From an uncultured Candidatus Soleaferrea sp. (GTDB lineage Bacteria > Bacillota > Clostridia > Oscillospirales > Ruminococcaceae), in assembly GCA_934527325.1 (NCBI GenBank), contig CAKTAG010000001.1, positions 26,785 to 90,784 of the forward strand: a stretch of 64,000 nt of DNA, in the 5' to 3' direction. Below are positions 1 through 9,762 of the stretch, piece after piece. How positions within the stretch are numbered: position 1 is the first letter of the stretch; each line of letters begins with the position of its first letter. The translations under genes were made by a program, and so were the position numbers. The notes below the pieces were generated by a model that saw nothing but the letters and a program-made list of their open reading frames with translations, was not told where the DNA came from and did no database searches.

Positions 1-126
1 TATACCAGGTGCAAAATTTGTGGCAGACCTCATGCTTATTTGCGTAAGTTTGGAATCTGTCGTATTTGTTTTAGAAAATTAGCATATAAAGGTGAAATTC
101 CTGGTGTTAAAAAAGCTAGCTGGTAA
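1..126 (+). CDS. rpsN: 30S ribosomal protein S14 type Z (3' part; start is left of the window)
   Basis: Frame 1 from base 1 reads ...[38 protein letters not shown], a CxxC..CxxC zinc-ribbon S14. It sits directly upstream of rpsH as in spc operons. Confidence 0.9.
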   Translation, partial: YTRCKICGRPHAYLRKFGICRICFRKLAYKGEIPGVKKASW

Positions 127-157
127 ATTTGTACGAGAAAAAGGAGGGTAATTGTTT

Positions 158-556
158 ATGCAGATTACAGATGCAATTGCTGATATGTTGACTCGCATTA
201 GAAATGCGAATTCAGCAAAACATGATACGGTTGATATTCCTGCATCAAATATAAAAAAATCTATAGCACATATATTAGCAGATGAAGGCTATATTAAAAA
301 TTTTAAAGTTATAAAAGATAATAAGCAGGGAATAATCCGTATAAATTTAAAATATGGTCCAAATAAATCTCAGGTAATAACAGGGCTTCGTAGAGTTTCA
401 AAACCTGGGCTTCGTATATATTCAAGTTGCGAAGATATGCCTAAAGTTATGAGAGGTTTAGGTATAGCTATAATTTCGACTCCAAAAGGAGTTATGACAG
501 ATAAAAAAGCTAGAAAAAATAATGTTGGTGGCGAAGTTTTAGCTTTTGTTTGGTAA
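158..556 (+). CDS. rpsH: 30S ribosomal protein S8
   Basis: ORF 152-556 reads [17 protein letters not shown]..., an S8 signature. The GGAGGG SD at 143-148 favours ATG 158 over TTG 152. Confidence 0.95.
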   Translation: MQITDAIADMLTRIRNANSAKHDTVDIPASNIKKSIAHILADEGYIKNFKVIKDNKQGIIRINLKYGPNKSQVITGLRRVSKPGLRIYSSCEDMPKVMRGLGIAIISTPKGVMTDKKARKNNVGGEVLAFVW

Positions 557-822
557 AGTCAAACAAGTTTATGAATAGTTGGTCAATAACCAAGAAAGGA
601 GAAAGCCGTACTTTTAAATATTTAATAAGTTAGATTGTTAAAAAATAAAGAATAATTTATTTATAACATTTGTAGCTTTAGTGTGAAATATTTAAAAATT
701 ATATACCGAGTGATGTCGGGAATTTAAGCCCTCGGAGTGCCAGACCAGACATAAAATTTATTTTATGGGCATGTTGAACAGGGAAGCAGAGTTTAAAAAA
801 CTAAGCAGAGCGGTTTAAGTGA
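557..822 (+). promoter_or_regulatory. Unusually long (266 nt) rpsH-rplF intercistronic leader with a displaced SD
   Basis: There is no SD within 20 nt of rplF ATG 823. AAAGGAG lies at 595-601. AAGCCGT (603-609) can pair with GCGGTTT (810-816). Local hairpins are at 706-735 and 750-767. Confidence 0.4.
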
Positions 823-1368
823 ATGTCACGTATAGGTCGAAAACCAGTTGAAATTCCTAGCGGAGTTGAAGTAAAAATAGATGGCTTGAATATTAAGGTT
901 AAAGGCCCAAAAGGTTCTTTAGAGTTTACATGCCATCCAGATATGAAAGTTAGTATGGTAGAAAATACTGTTGTAGTAGAAAGGCCATCTAATAATAAAG
1001 ATCACCGTAGCTTGCATGGCTTAACAAGAACACTTATTTCTAATATGGTAGATGGAGTAACTAAAGGTTTTTCAAAAGAACTAGAAATAAATGGAGTTGG
1101 TTATAGAGCTGCTAAACAGGGAAGTAATTTGGTAATGAACTTAGGTTATTCACATCAAGTAATAGTTCCTGAAATAGATGGTATAAAAATTGAAGTACCA
1201 TCACCAAATAGGGTGATTATATCAGGCCCAGATAAGCAAAAAGTAGGTCAATTTGCAGCAGAGGTTCGTGAAAAAAGGTTACCAGAGCCATATAAAGGCA
1301 AAGGTATAAAATATGTTGATGAAGTAATTATTAGAAAAGAAGGTAAAGCCGCTAAGGGTAAAAAATAA
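823..1368 (+). CDS. rplF: 50S ribosomal protein L6
   Basis: [19 protein letters not shown]... is a canonical L6 N-terminus, and operon order fits. Confidence 0.97.
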   Translation: MSRIGRKPVEIPSGVEVKIDGLNIKVKGPKGSLEFTCHPDMKVSMVENTVVVERPSNNKDHRSLHGLTRTLISNMVDGVTKGFSKELEINGVGYRAAKQGSNLVMNLGYSHQVIVPEIDGIKIEVPSPNRVIISGPDKQKVGQFAAEVREKRLPEPYKGKGIKYVDEVIIRKEGKAAKGKK

Positions 1369-1391
1369 TGTTAAGGGAGTGAATTAAGCAG

Positions 1392-1751
1392 ATGGTTAAT
1401 AAAGTAGATAGCAATAAAGCTAGACTTAAAAGGCATGTGAGAGTAAGAGCAAAAATTAGTGGAACAAAAGCTCGTCCACGTCTTAATGTTTTTCGCTCTG
1501 CAAAGCATATTTATGCCCAAATAATTGATGATGTTGCAGGTAAAACAATTGTTAGTGCATCAACATTAGAAAAAAGCTTTGATGGAGCAGGTGGCAACAA
1601 GGAAGCTGCTAAGAAAATTGGTCTATATATTGCAGAAAAAGCAAAAAAAGCAGGTATAACAAAAGTAGTGTTTGACCGTGGCGGGTATTTGTATCATGGT
1701 CGTGTAAAAGAGTTAGCAGAAGGCGCCAGAGAAGGTGGCCTAGAGTTTTAA
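1392..1751 (+). CDS. rplR: 50S ribosomal protein L18
   Basis: The translation contains ...[18 protein letters not shown]...[27 protein letters not shown]. Confidence 0.97.
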   Translation: MVNKVDSNKARLKRHVRVRAKISGTKARPRLNVFRSAKHIYAQIIDDVAGKTIVSASTLEKSFDGAGGNKEAAKKIGLYIAEKAKKAGITKVVFDRGGYLYHGRVKELAEGAREGGLEF

Positions 1752-1769
1752 ACAAAGGAGGTTAATCTT

Positions 1770-2279
1770 TTGACTAAGTTTGATGCTTTAAAAGTAGATC
1801 CAAAAGCTCTAAAAGAAAGAGTAGTCTATATAAATAGAGTCTCTAAAACAGTAAAGGGCGGTAGAATATTTAAATTTTCAGCATTAGTAGTTGTTGGAGA
1901 TGGAAATGGCATTGTTGGGTTTGGTATGGGTAAATCATCAGAAGTTCCAGATGCTATAAGAAAAGGAATAGAAGATGCAAAAAAGAATTTGCATAAAATA
2001 GCAATGAAAGGCACTACAATTCCACATGAAGTAGTTGGAGAATTTGGTGCTGGTAAAGTTATATTAAAACCAGCAGCTCAAGGAACAGGTGTTATTGCAG
2101 GTGGCCCAGTTAGAGCAATTTTGGAAATGGCAGGAATTAAAGATATAAGAACAAAATCGCTAAGGTCTAATAACCCATGTAATGTTGTTAGTGCAGCAAT
2201 GAATGGTTTAGTTTCGTTAAGAACATTAAATCAAGTTGCTGAAATTCGTGGTAAAAAACCAGAACAAATTTTAAGCTAA
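1770..2279 (+). CDS. rpsE: 30S ribosomal protein S5
   Basis: TTG start after a GGAGG SD, with [27 protein letters not shown]. Confidence 0.97.
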   Translation: MTKFDALKVDPKALKERVVYINRVSKTVKGGRIFKFSALVVVGDGNGIVGFGMGKSSEVPDAIRKGIEDAKKNLHKIAMKGTTIPHEVVGEFGAGKVILKPAAQGTGVIAGGPVRAILEMAGIKDIRTKSLRSNNPCNVVSAAMNGLVSLRTLNQVAEIRGKKPEQILS

Positions 2280-2292
2280 GGAGGAATAAATA

Positions 2293-2472
2293 ATGGCAAA
2301 TTTGAAAATTAAATTAGTAAAAAGCCTTTCTGGTAGAAAAGATGATCAGATAGCCACTGCTATTTCTCTTGGGCTTAGAAAAGTTGGTAAAGAAACTATT
2401 CAGCCAGATAATGAGGCCACGAGAGGTAAAATTACAAAAATATCACATCTTGTTGAATTTACCGAACTATAA
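2293..2472 (+). CDS. rpmD: 50S ribosomal protein L30
   Basis: A 59-aa ORF below the track cutoff: MANLKIKLVKSLSGRKDDQIATAISLGLRKVGKETIQPDNEATRGKITKISHLVEFTEL*. It follows a GGAGG SD. Confidence 0.93.
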   Translation: MANLKIKLVKSLSGRKDDQIATAISLGLRKVGKETIQPDNEATRGKITKISHLVEFTEL

Positions 2473-2493
2473 ATATAAGGAGGTGTTATATAA

Positions 2494-2934
2494 ATGAGGT
2501 TACATGATTTATCTCCAGCACCTGGTTCAAAAAAGAAGGCTTTTAGAGTAGGTAGAGGTCATGGATCTGGGAATGGAAAAACAGCAGGTAAAGGTCACAA
2601 AGGGCAAAATGCTCGTTCTGGTGGTGGAGTTAGAGCAGGTTTTGAAGGTGGGCAAATGCCACTTCATAGACGTGTACCTAAAAGAGGTTTTAATAACATA
2701 TTTGGTACAAAATATGCTGTTATAAATGTTAGTGACTTAAATTGTTTTGAAGAAGGAAGCAACGTTGACACAGATATGATTATAAAATCTGGGTTAGTAA
2801 AAAAACCATTAGATGGAATAAAAGTACTAGGAAATGGAACTTTAAATAAAAAATTAAACATAACTGTTACTGCATTTTCTAAATCTGCTAAAGAAAAAAT
2901 TGAGCAGATAGGTGGAAAGGCAGAGGTGATATAA
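2494..2934 (+). CDS. rplO: 50S ribosomal protein L15
   Basis: [38 protein letters not shown]. Confidence 0.97.
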   Translation: MRLHDLSPAPGSKKKAFRVGRGHGSGNGKTAGKGHKGQNARSGGGVRAGFEGGQMPLHRRVPKRGFNNIFGTKYAVINVSDLNCFEEGSNVDTDMIIKSGLVKKPLDGIKVLGNGTLNKKLNITVTAFSKSAKEKIEQIGGKAEVI

Positions 2935-2935
2935 G

Positions 2936-4228
2936 ATGTTAAAAATTTTTAAGGATGCTTGGAAGATAGCTGATTTAAGGCAAAAAATATTATATACATT
3001 AATGATAATTGTGGTGTTTAGAATAGGTTCAATAATACCTGTTCCATATTTAGATGCAACAGCATTGCAAACTATGTTAGCAGGTGCAGGTAGTAATAAC
3101 ATGTTAGGGTATATAGATGTTTTAACAGGAGGAGCTTTTTCTAGAGCTACTATATTTGCCCTTTCAATTTCACCGTATATAACTTCTTCTATTATAATAC
3201 AACTTTTAACAGTTGCTATTCCTTATTTAGAAAAACTTTCTAAAGAGGGGGAAGAAGGAAGAAAGGTTTTAACAAAAATAACTAGATGGGTAACAGTAGC
3301 ACTGGGTTTAATTCAAGCTGCAGGTTACTATGCTTTATTAAAAAAACAGGGTGCAGTAACTCATACATCTGGTTTTTCAGGTGTTTTTTCTATGGTAGTT
3401 ATTTTGTTAACGTTTACAGCTGGTACAGCGTTTATAATGTGGCTTGGCGAACGTATAAACGAAAAAGGTATAGGGAATGGAATTTCTATAATACTTTTTG
3501 CAGGTATAGTGTCAAGGGGGCCAGCAATAGTTTCTAAACTGTATTTATATGCACAAAAAGAAGGAACAAGTAGTTATATTAAAATACCATTAATTGTTAT
3601 AATGTTCCTTGCAATAGTTGTATTTGTTGTTTGGATGACTAATGCAGAGCGTAGAATACCTATTTTATATGCTAAACGTGTAGTTGGTAGAAAAATGTAT
3701 GGTGGCCAAAGTTCACATATGCCAATTAAAGTTAATATGTCAGGTGTTATGCCAATAATATTTGCTTCTTCGTTGCTAGCAATTCCTTCAACAATACAAA
3801 TGTTTGTAGACCCAAAAGCTTCTACATGGTTTGGTAAATTTTTAGCAGTGTTTAATTTTAATTCATGGTTATATGCTGCAATTACATTTATTTTGATTAT
3901 TGGTTTTAGTTATTTTTATGTTTCTATACAATATAACCCAATAGAGATGGCAAATAATTTAAGAAAGAGTAATGGAACAATACCAGGTATAAGACCAGGA
4001 AAACCAACATCAGATTTTATTGCAAGAGTTATGAATAAAATTACTTTTGTTGGAGCATTGTTTTTAGGTTTTATGGCAATATTACCTTTTGTAGTGGGAA
4101 AATTCACAGGTATGCAATTAGGAATAGGTGGTACAACTATACTAATTGTTGTTGGTGTTGCACTTGATACAGTTAAACAAATGGAATCATTAATGATGAT
4201 GAGGCATTATAAAGGTTTTTTAGTTTAG
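2936..4228 (+). CDS. secY: Preprotein translocase subunit SecY
   Basis: A 430-aa polytopic membrane protein with a SecY-like N-terminus (KILYTLMIIVVFRIGSIIPVPY), in the position after rplO. Confidence 0.96.
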   Translation: MLKIFKDAWKIADLRQKILYTLMIIVVFRIGSIIPVPYLDATALQTMLAGAGSNNMLGYIDVLTGGAFSRATIFALSISPYITSSIIIQLLTVAIPYLEKLSKEGEEGRKVLTKITRWVTVALGLIQAAGYYALLKKQGAVTHTSGFSGVFSMVVILLTFTAGTAFIMWLGERINEKGIGNGISIILFAGIVSRGPAIVSKLYLYAQKEGTSSYIKIPLIVIMFLAIVVFVVWMTNAERRIPILYAKRVVGRKMYGGQSSHMPIKVNMSGVMPIIFASSLLAIPSTIQMFVDPKASTWFGKFLAVFNFNSWLYAAITFILIIGFSYFYVSIQYNPIEMANNLRKSNGTIPGIRPGKPTSDFIARVMNKITFVGALFLGFMAILPFVVGKFTGMQLGIGGTTILIVVGVALDTVKQMESLMMMRHYKGFLV

Positions 4229-4297
4229 TTCAAAATTGTTAATTTTTAAATAATAAAGAATAAATCTAAATATTTATAATGGGAGGTTTGAAAAGTA

Positions 4298-4942
4298 TTG
4301 AGAACAGAAAAATTATCGTTAATTCTTTTGGGTGCACCTGGTGCAGGCAAAGGAACTCAAGCAGAAATAATATCTAAGCAATATAATATACCAACAATAA
4401 GTACAGGTAATATTATTAGGGAAGCATTGAAGAATAAAACATCTATGGGGCTAAAGGCAAAAAATTATATCGATAAAGGTGAGTTAGTACCAGATGACAT
4501 TATTATTTCAATTGTAAAAGAACGTTTAAGTGAAAGTGATTGTAAAAATGGTTTTATTTTAGACGGAATGCCTAGAACAATTGCGCAAGCAAAAGCACTG
4601 GATGATATGGGTGTTGAAATAAATAAAGTTGTGAGCATAGAAGTTCCAGATGAAAAAATAATAAAAAGGTTAAGTGGACGCAGAGTTTGTAGTAAATGTG
4701 GTGCAAGTTACCATATAACAGATAAGCCGTCTTTAAAAGAAGATATTTGTGATAGTTGCAGTGGAGAGCTTGTTATAAGAAAAGACGATTCGCCGCAAAT
4801 AATAGCAGATAGACTTAAGGTTTACCATGAGCAGACAGAGCCGTTAAAAGATTATTATGATGCAAAAGGTTTGCTTGTAATAGTGCATGGGCAAGAACTT
4901 GTAGCAGATACTACTGCTTGTGTAGCCGAAGCGTTAAGGTAG
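4298..4942 (+). CDS. adk: Adenylate kinase (zinc-lid type)
   Basis: P-loop GAPGAGKGTQ and a CSKCG...CDSC lid. Confidence 0.96.
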   Translation: MRTEKLSLILLGAPGAGKGTQAEIISKQYNIPTISTGNIIREALKNKTSMGLKAKNYIDKGELVPDDIIISIVKERLSESDCKNGFILDGMPRTIAQAKALDDMGVEINKVVSIEVPDEKIIKRLSGRRVCSKCGASYHITDKPSLKEDICDSCSGELVIRKDDSPQIIADRLKVYHEQTEPLKDYYDAKGLLVIVHGQELVADTTACVAEALR

Positions 4943-4946
4943 AAAG

Positions 4947-5696
4947 ATGGTATATTTAAAAACTCAAGAAGAAATTAATTTAATGAAAAAAGCAGGTAAA
5001 ATATCTGCAAGAGCATTAGAACTTGGGGGTAAAGCTGTTAAACCTGGGGTTACAACGATGTATGTTGATAAAATTATACATGACTATATAAAATCTCAAG
5101 GAGCGGTACCATCATTTTTAGGTTATAATGATTTTCCAGCAAGTAGCTGCATATCTATAAATAAAGAGGTTATACATGGAATACCTTCAAAAACTAGGGT
5201 GATTAACGAAGGTGATATAGTAAGTATAGATGTAGGAGCTTATTATAGGGGGTTCCATGCAGATAATGCAGCAACTTTTCCAGCAGGGGCTATTTCGGAA
5301 GATGCCCAAAAATTAATAAATGCAACAATGCAAGCATTAGAATTTGGAATAAAACAAGCAGTAGTTGGTAATAGAATAGGGGATATATCTAATGCAGTTC
5401 AAACATTTGTTGAATCTAAGGGCTATGGAGTAGTTAGAGAATATGTTGGCCATGGAGTAGGAAGAAAATTGCATGAAAACCCATCTGTGCCTAATTATGG
5501 AAGTGCAGGTAGAGGTATGCGTTTAGAACAAGGCATGACTATAGCAATAGAACCAATGGTTAATATGGGTAGCTATAAAGTTAAAGTTTTAGATGATTGT
5601 TGGACAGTTATTACAGCAGATAACAAATATTCAGCACATTTTGAGCATACTATAGCTATTACCAATAATGGGCCAGAAATATTAACTTTACCGTAA
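4947..5696 (+). CDS. map: Type I methionine aminopeptidase
   Basis: Contains ...DIVSIDVGAYYRGFHADNA...GHGVGRKLHE...FEHTIAIT. Confidence 0.95.
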   Translation: MVYLKTQEEINLMKKAGKISARALELGGKAVKPGVTTMYVDKIIHDYIKSQGAVPSFLGYNDFPASSCISINKEVIHGIPSKTRVINEGDIVSIDVGAYYRGFHADNAATFPAGAISEDAQKLINATMQALEFGIKQAVVGNRIGDISNAVQTFVESKGYGVVREYVGHGVGRKLHENPSVPNYGSAGRGMRLEQGMTIAIEPMVNMGSYKVKVLDDCWTVITADNKYSAHFEHTIAITNNGPEILTLP

Positions 5697-5713
5697 AAGG
5701 CACAATAAGAAAT

Positions 5714-5971
5714 ATGGAAAAAGGTAGAGTTGTAATATCGAAAGCTGGAAGAGATAAAAATAATTTTTTTATAGTTTTAAATACAGTTGGTGAAAGAGTT
5801 TATATAGCGGATGGGAAAATTAGGAAAATAGAAAATCCAAAAGCAAAAAATATAAAACATTTGCAAAAAACAAATATGTATTTTACTATAGATGATAATG
5901 TTACTAATAAAAAACTAAAAATGATGATAAAAGAGTTAGATATTAAAGCTAACAGCGAAAAGTCGCTATAA
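5714..5971 (+). CDS. KOW-domain RNA-binding protein (conserved map-infA spacer gene of Clostridia)
   Basis: An 85-aa protein with VISKAGRDKNNFFIVL (KOW-like), lying between map and infA. Confidence 0.7.
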   Translation: MEKGRVVISKAGRDKNNFFIVLNTVGERVYIADGKIRKIENPKAKNIKHLQKTNMYFTIDDNVTNKKLKMMIKELDIKANSEKSL

Positions 5972-5995
5972 TAGCTGAAATTGGGAGGTTTATAT

Positions 5996-6214
5996 ATGTC
6001 GAAAGAAGATATGATAGAGGTAGAAGGTGTAGTGGTAGAAGCCTTACCTAATGCTCAATTTAAAGTTGAAATTCAAAATGGGCATAAAATTTTGGCTCAT
6101 ATTTCAGGTAAACTAAGAATGAATTTTATTAAGATATTACCTGGAGATAAAGTGACAATAGAAATGTCACCTTACGATTTAACAAAAGGTCGTATAACAT
6201 GGCGATCTAAATAA
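5996..6214 (+). CDS. infA: Translation initiation factor IF-1
   Basis: [53 protein letters not shown]. The GGGAGG SD favours ATG 5996 over TTG 5981. Confidence 0.96.
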   Translation: MSKEDMIEVEGVVVEALPNAQFKVEIQNGHKILAHISGKLRMNFIKILPGDKVTIEMSPYDLTKGRITWRSK

Positions 6215-6269
6215 ATAAAAAATTAATTATGTTGAAATGGTTTAATACAACAACAAGGAGGTTTTTTGT

Positions 6270-6383
6270 ATGAAAGTCAGACCTTCAGTTAAGCCCATAT
6301 GTGAAAAATGTAAAATTATTAAACGTAATGGAAGGGTTATGGTAATTTGCCAAAATCCAAAACATAAACAACGTCAGGGCTAA
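6270..6383 (+). CDS. rpmJ: 50S ribosomal protein L36
   Basis: A 37-aa [40 protein letters not shown], after an AAGGAGG SD. Confidence 0.95.
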   Translation: MKVRPSVKPICEKCKIIKRNGRVMVICQNPKHKQRQG

Positions 6384-6411
6384 AAACCTTATTAATGGAG
6401 GTGTTTTTATT

Positions 6412-6780
6412 ATGGCTCGAATTGCTGGTGTTGATTTACCACGCGAAAAGAGAGTTGAAATAGGTTTAACCTATATTTATGGAATAGGTTTAAGTAATTC
6501 AAGAAAGATATTAAAAAATACAGGAGTTAATCCAGACACTAGAGTTAAGGATTTAACAGAAGACGAAATTGCAAAAATAAGAGAATATATAGATAAAAAT
6601 GTTAAAGTTGAAGGTGACCTTAGAAGAGAAGTGGCGTTAAACATAAAGCGCTTAATAGAAATTAATTGCTATAGAGGTATCCGCCATAGAAAAGGGTTAC
6701 CTGTTAGAGGTCAAAAAACTAAAACTAATGCAAGGACTCGTAAAGGTCCTAAAAAAACAATCGCTAATAAGAAAAAATAG
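6412..6780 (+). CDS. rpsM: 30S ribosomal protein S13
   Basis: [26 protein letters not shown]. Confidence 0.97.
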   Translation: MARIAGVDLPREKRVEIGLTYIYGIGLSNSRKILKNTGVNPDTRVKDLTEDEIAKIREYIDKNVKVEGDLRREVALNIKRLIEINCYRGIRHRKGLPVRGQKTKTNARTRKGPKKTIANKKK

Positions 6781-6797
6781 TGAGGGAGGGTTAAAAA

Positions 6798-7199
6798 ATG
6801 GCAAAAGCTACAGTTAAAAAAGTATCAAAAAGAAGAACTGGCAAACGTAAGAACATAGAGCGTGGTGCAGCGCATATACAATCTACCTTTAATAACACTA
6901 TTGTAACTATTACCGATGCACAAGGCAACGCATTATCTTGGGCAAGCTCTGGTGGGCTTGGGTTTAAAGGTTCTAGAAAATCTACTCCGTTTGCTTCTCA
7001 AATGGCTGCAGAAACCGCTGCAAAAGCTGCTATGGAACATGGTTTAAAATCTGTAGAAGTTTTTGTTAAAGGTCCTGGATCTGGTAGAGAAGCTGCTATA
7101 CGTGCTTTACAATCAGCTGGTTTAGAAGTTAACATGATTAAAGATGTTACACCTATACCTCATAATGGATGTAGACCACCAAAAAGAAGACGTGTATAA
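6798..7199 (+). CDS. rpsK: 30S ribosomal protein S11
   Basis: Contains ...[28 protein letters not shown]...[18 protein letters not shown]. Confidence 0.97.
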   Translation: MAKATVKKVSKRRTGKRKNIERGAAHIQSTFNNTIVTITDAQGNALSWASSGGLGFKGSRKSTPFASQMAAETAAKAAMEHGLKSVEVFVKGPGSGREAAIRALQSAGLEVNMIKDVTPIPHNGCRPPKRRRV

Positions 7200-7402
7200 T
7201 TGCTAGACGTTATTGTATTTAATAATTTTGGTCAGTAAAAAAGAAAGGAGACAATTTCCACTAAAAAGTATACATGGTTTAACATTTTGTAAAATATTAA
7301 ATTTTAAATTGTGTGTTAAAACATCAAGACCAATTATTTTAATAAAGATGTTTATTGGTTAAATTGGTTAACCAATGTTATGTAGTGGAAAGGTTAAGTT
7401 AG
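7200..7402 (+). promoter_or_regulatory. Long (203 nt) structured rpsK-rpsD leader
   Basis: AAAGGAG lies at 7244-7250. A 9-bp long-range helix pairs TTTCCACTA (7255-7263) with TAGTGGAAA (7383-7391). There is an inner 12-bp hairpin (7274-7285/7313-7324) and a 14-bp palindrome ATTGGTTAACCAAT (7363-7376). Confidence 0.4.
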
Positions 7403-8029
7403 ATGGCAAGATATACTGGACCAGTGTGTAGACTTTGCCGTAGAGAGGGTGAAAAACTCTTTTTAAAAGGTGAAAGATGTTACACTGATAAATGTGCAGT
7501 GTCTCGTAGAGCATCAGCTCCGGGGCAACACGGTAAAAATAGAAAGAAATTTTCTGAATATGGATTGCAACTTAGAGCTAAGCAAAAAGCTAGACGTTAC
7601 TATGGTGTTCTAGAAAGCCAATTTGAAAAATATTTTGATATGGCTACTAGAAAACAAGGTATGGCTGGTGAAAATTTATTAAAAATATTAGAATCTAGGT
7701 TCGATAATATTGTGTATAGGTCTGGCATGGCAAGTTCACGTAAAGAAGCTAGACAATTAATTAGGCATAACCATTTTACACTTAATGGTAAAAAAGCTAA
7801 CATACCTTCTATTTTGTTAAAGCCAGGTGATGAAATAGCTATAGCAGAAAAAAGTAGAGTACTAGGCAAAATAAAAAATATTATAGATGCTAATAGTTCA
7901 AGGGTAAAACCACAATGGCTTGACGTAGATTTAACTAATTTTACTTCTAAAGTGGTGCAAATGCCTAGCCGTGAAGATATAGATATTAATATAGAAGAGC
8001 ATTTAATTGTTGAGCTTTATTCTAAATAA
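7403..8029 (+). CDS. rpsD: 30S ribosomal protein S4
   Basis: [26 protein letters not shown]. Confidence 0.97.
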   Translation: MARYTGPVCRLCRREGEKLFLKGERCYTDKCAVSRRASAPGQHGKNRKKFSEYGLQLRAKQKARRYYGVLESQFEKYFDMATRKQGMAGENLLKILESRFDNIVYRSGMASSRKEARQLIRHNHFTLNGKKANIPSILLKPGDEIAIAEKSRVLGKIKNIIDANSSRVKPQWLDVDLTNFTSKVVQMPSREDIDINIEEHLIVELYSK

Positions 8030-8110
8030 TAGTTAATATATTTTGGGTTGGCAAAGAATACGGATTAATAAGATGTAAATTAACATTCTTATTTAGGGAG
8101 GATTAGGTTT

Positions 8111-9073
8111 TTGATAAGTATAGATAAACCCGAGATAAAGTCGGTTGATTTGCTGCCAGACGGCACATATGGTAAATTTGTTGTTGAACCACTTGAACGT
8201 GGTTTTGGAACAACTTTAGGTAATAGTTTAAGGCGTGTTTTACTTTCATCTTTACCTGGGGTAGCAGTTAATTCGGTAGAAATAGATGGAGTTCAGCATG
8301 AATTTTCAACTATACCAGGAGTTAAAGAAGATGTTGCAGAAATAATTCTTAACTTAAAAGGCTTAAAAATAAAGTTTTTAGATGAAGAAGATTTTAAAAC
8401 TGTTTATATTAATGAACAAGGGGAATGTGAAGTAAAAGCAAAGTCTATTATTACAGATTCACAGATTAAAATAATTAATCCAGATATGCATATTGCTTAC
8501 CTTGGTAAAGATGCTAAATTAAAAATGGAGATTAATGTTAGCAAAGGTAGAGGATATGTTGCTGCAGAAAGAAATAAAGCAGAGGGCAATTTTGGAATAG
8601 GAGTTATTCCTATAGATAGTATTTATACTCCAGTTTTACGAGTTAACTATACAGTAGAAAATACTCGTGTTGGGCAGATAACAGATTATGATAAACTATC
8701 GATAGAAGTGTGGACTGATGGTGTACTCTCGGCGAAGGAAGCAGTTTCTTACGCGGCCAAGATACTCAACGAACATCTTAATTTGTTTACTGGCCTTTGT
8801 GAAGAGGTTAAGGAAACAGAAATAATGATTGATAAACATTTGAGTGAGAAGGAAAGAATACTTGAGATGACCATTGAGGAGCTTGACTTATCTGTTCGGT
8901 CATATAATTGCTTAAAACGTTCTGGAGCTAAAACAATAAGAGATTTAATAGGTAAAACTCAAGATGATTTAATGAAAGTTAGAAATTTAGGTAAAAAATC
9001 TCTTGATGAAGTAATTGAAAAATTAAATTCCTTAGGCTTTTCTTTTTCTAAAGAAGAAGATGAAGAAGAATAG
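8111..9073 (+). CDS. rpoA: DNA-directed RNA polymerase alpha subunit
   Basis: TTG start after a GGGAGG SD. Contains [28 protein letters not shown] and the C-terminal domain motif [13 protein letters not shown]. Confidence 0.96.
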   Translation: MISIDKPEIKSVDLLPDGTYGKFVVEPLERGFGTTLGNSLRRVLLSSLPGVAVNSVEIDGVQHEFSTIPGVKEDVAEIILNLKGLKIKFLDEEDFKTVYINEQGECEVKAKSIITDSQIKIINPDMHIAYLGKDAKLKMEINVSKGRGYVAAERNKAEGNFGIGVIPIDSIYTPVLRVNYTVENTRVGQITDYDKLSIEVWTDGVLSAKEAVSYAAKILNEHLNLFTGLCEEVKETEIMIDKHLSEKERILEMTIEELDLSVRSYNCLKRSGAKTIRDLIGKTQDDLMKVRNLGKKSLDEVIEKLNSLGFSFSKEEDEEE

Positions 9074-9163
9074 AGTAATATATAAATAGCAATAAAAAGG
9101 TTAGGTTAAGAATAAAAAATATTAATTACAAAAAATTTCTAAGGGTAAAGGAGTGATTTTTAA

Positions 9164-9505
9164 ATGCCTGGTACTAGAAAACTTGGCAGGTCGTCTGCTC
9201 ATAGAAGAGCGATGCTCAGAGCGATGGTTACTTTTTTACTAGAAAAAGGTAAAATTGAAACTACTGTTACACGTGCTAAAGAAGTTAGAAGTGTTACAGA
9301 AAAGATGATTACAAAAGCGAAGAATAATACTTTGCACAATAAAAGGCAGGTTATGAGTTATATTACAAAAGAAGATGTTGTAAAAAAACTTTTTGATGAG
9401 ATAGCGCCTAAATATATGAATGTTAATGGTGGTTATACAAAAATAACTAAAATTGGCACCCGTAGAGGAGACGCAGCAGAAATGGCAATAATAGAATTGT
9501 GCTAG
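9164..9505 (+). CDS. rplQ: 50S ribosomal protein L17
   Basis: [21 protein letters not shown]. Confidence 0.97.
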   Translation: MPGTRKLGRSSAHRRAMLRAMVTFLLEKGKIETTVTRAKEVRSVTEKMITKAKNNTLHNKRQVMSYITKEDVVKKLFDEIAPKYMNVNGGYTKITKIGTRRGDAAEMAIIELC

Positions 9506-9566
9506 TAAGTTAACAGTTATTAACTATTAATCTATAAAATAGTTAATGTTTTATGTTTATTATAAA

Positions 9567-9611
9567 AGCTGCATGGTAGTCTATAATAGATTTTACCATG
9601 CAGCTGCTTTT
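9567..9611 (+). terminator. Rho-independent terminator after rplQ (usable on both strands)
   Basis: A perfect 12-bp stem, AGCTGCATGGTA (9567-9578) with TACCATGCAGCT (9594-9605), then GCTTTT. The reverse strand also ends in a T-run. Confidence 0.7.
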
Positions 9612-9762
9612 ATGTGCGCCTTGCGGGGGGCGCACGTCACTAATGGATGAAAGTTCCTAATCCGCCCTAGTAGTGGGAAGGATACAGCCAAGACCAAGGG
9701 TGTCCTATTCATGTAAAGCTAAAGCTCACTCACTCCTCCGGCACAGTCGGGGGGGTTATTGT
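9612..9762 (+). ncRNA. Unclassified GC-rich structured RNA candidate
   Basis: A GC-rich island in AT-rich DNA. Hairpins are at 9612-9637, 9680-9705 and 9733-9755, the last followed by TTATTGT. Each contains G.U pairs on the + strand that would be C.A mismatches on the - strand. Confidence 0.35.

Noticed and set aside
9673-9695. GGGAAGGATACAGCCAAGACC resembles the SRP (4.5S/scRNA) helix-8 3' strand GGAAGGAAGCAGCCAAGGC, and AATCCGCCCTAGTAG resembles part of the Bacillus scRNA Alu domain.
   Set aside because: The obligatory 5' partner (GUCAGGUCC) is absent. The would-be GGAA tetraloop would be closed by a G-G pair. The element is also too short for an Alu-type SRP RNA. I treated the resemblance as coincidental purine-rich similarity, and a covariance-model scan should still be run.
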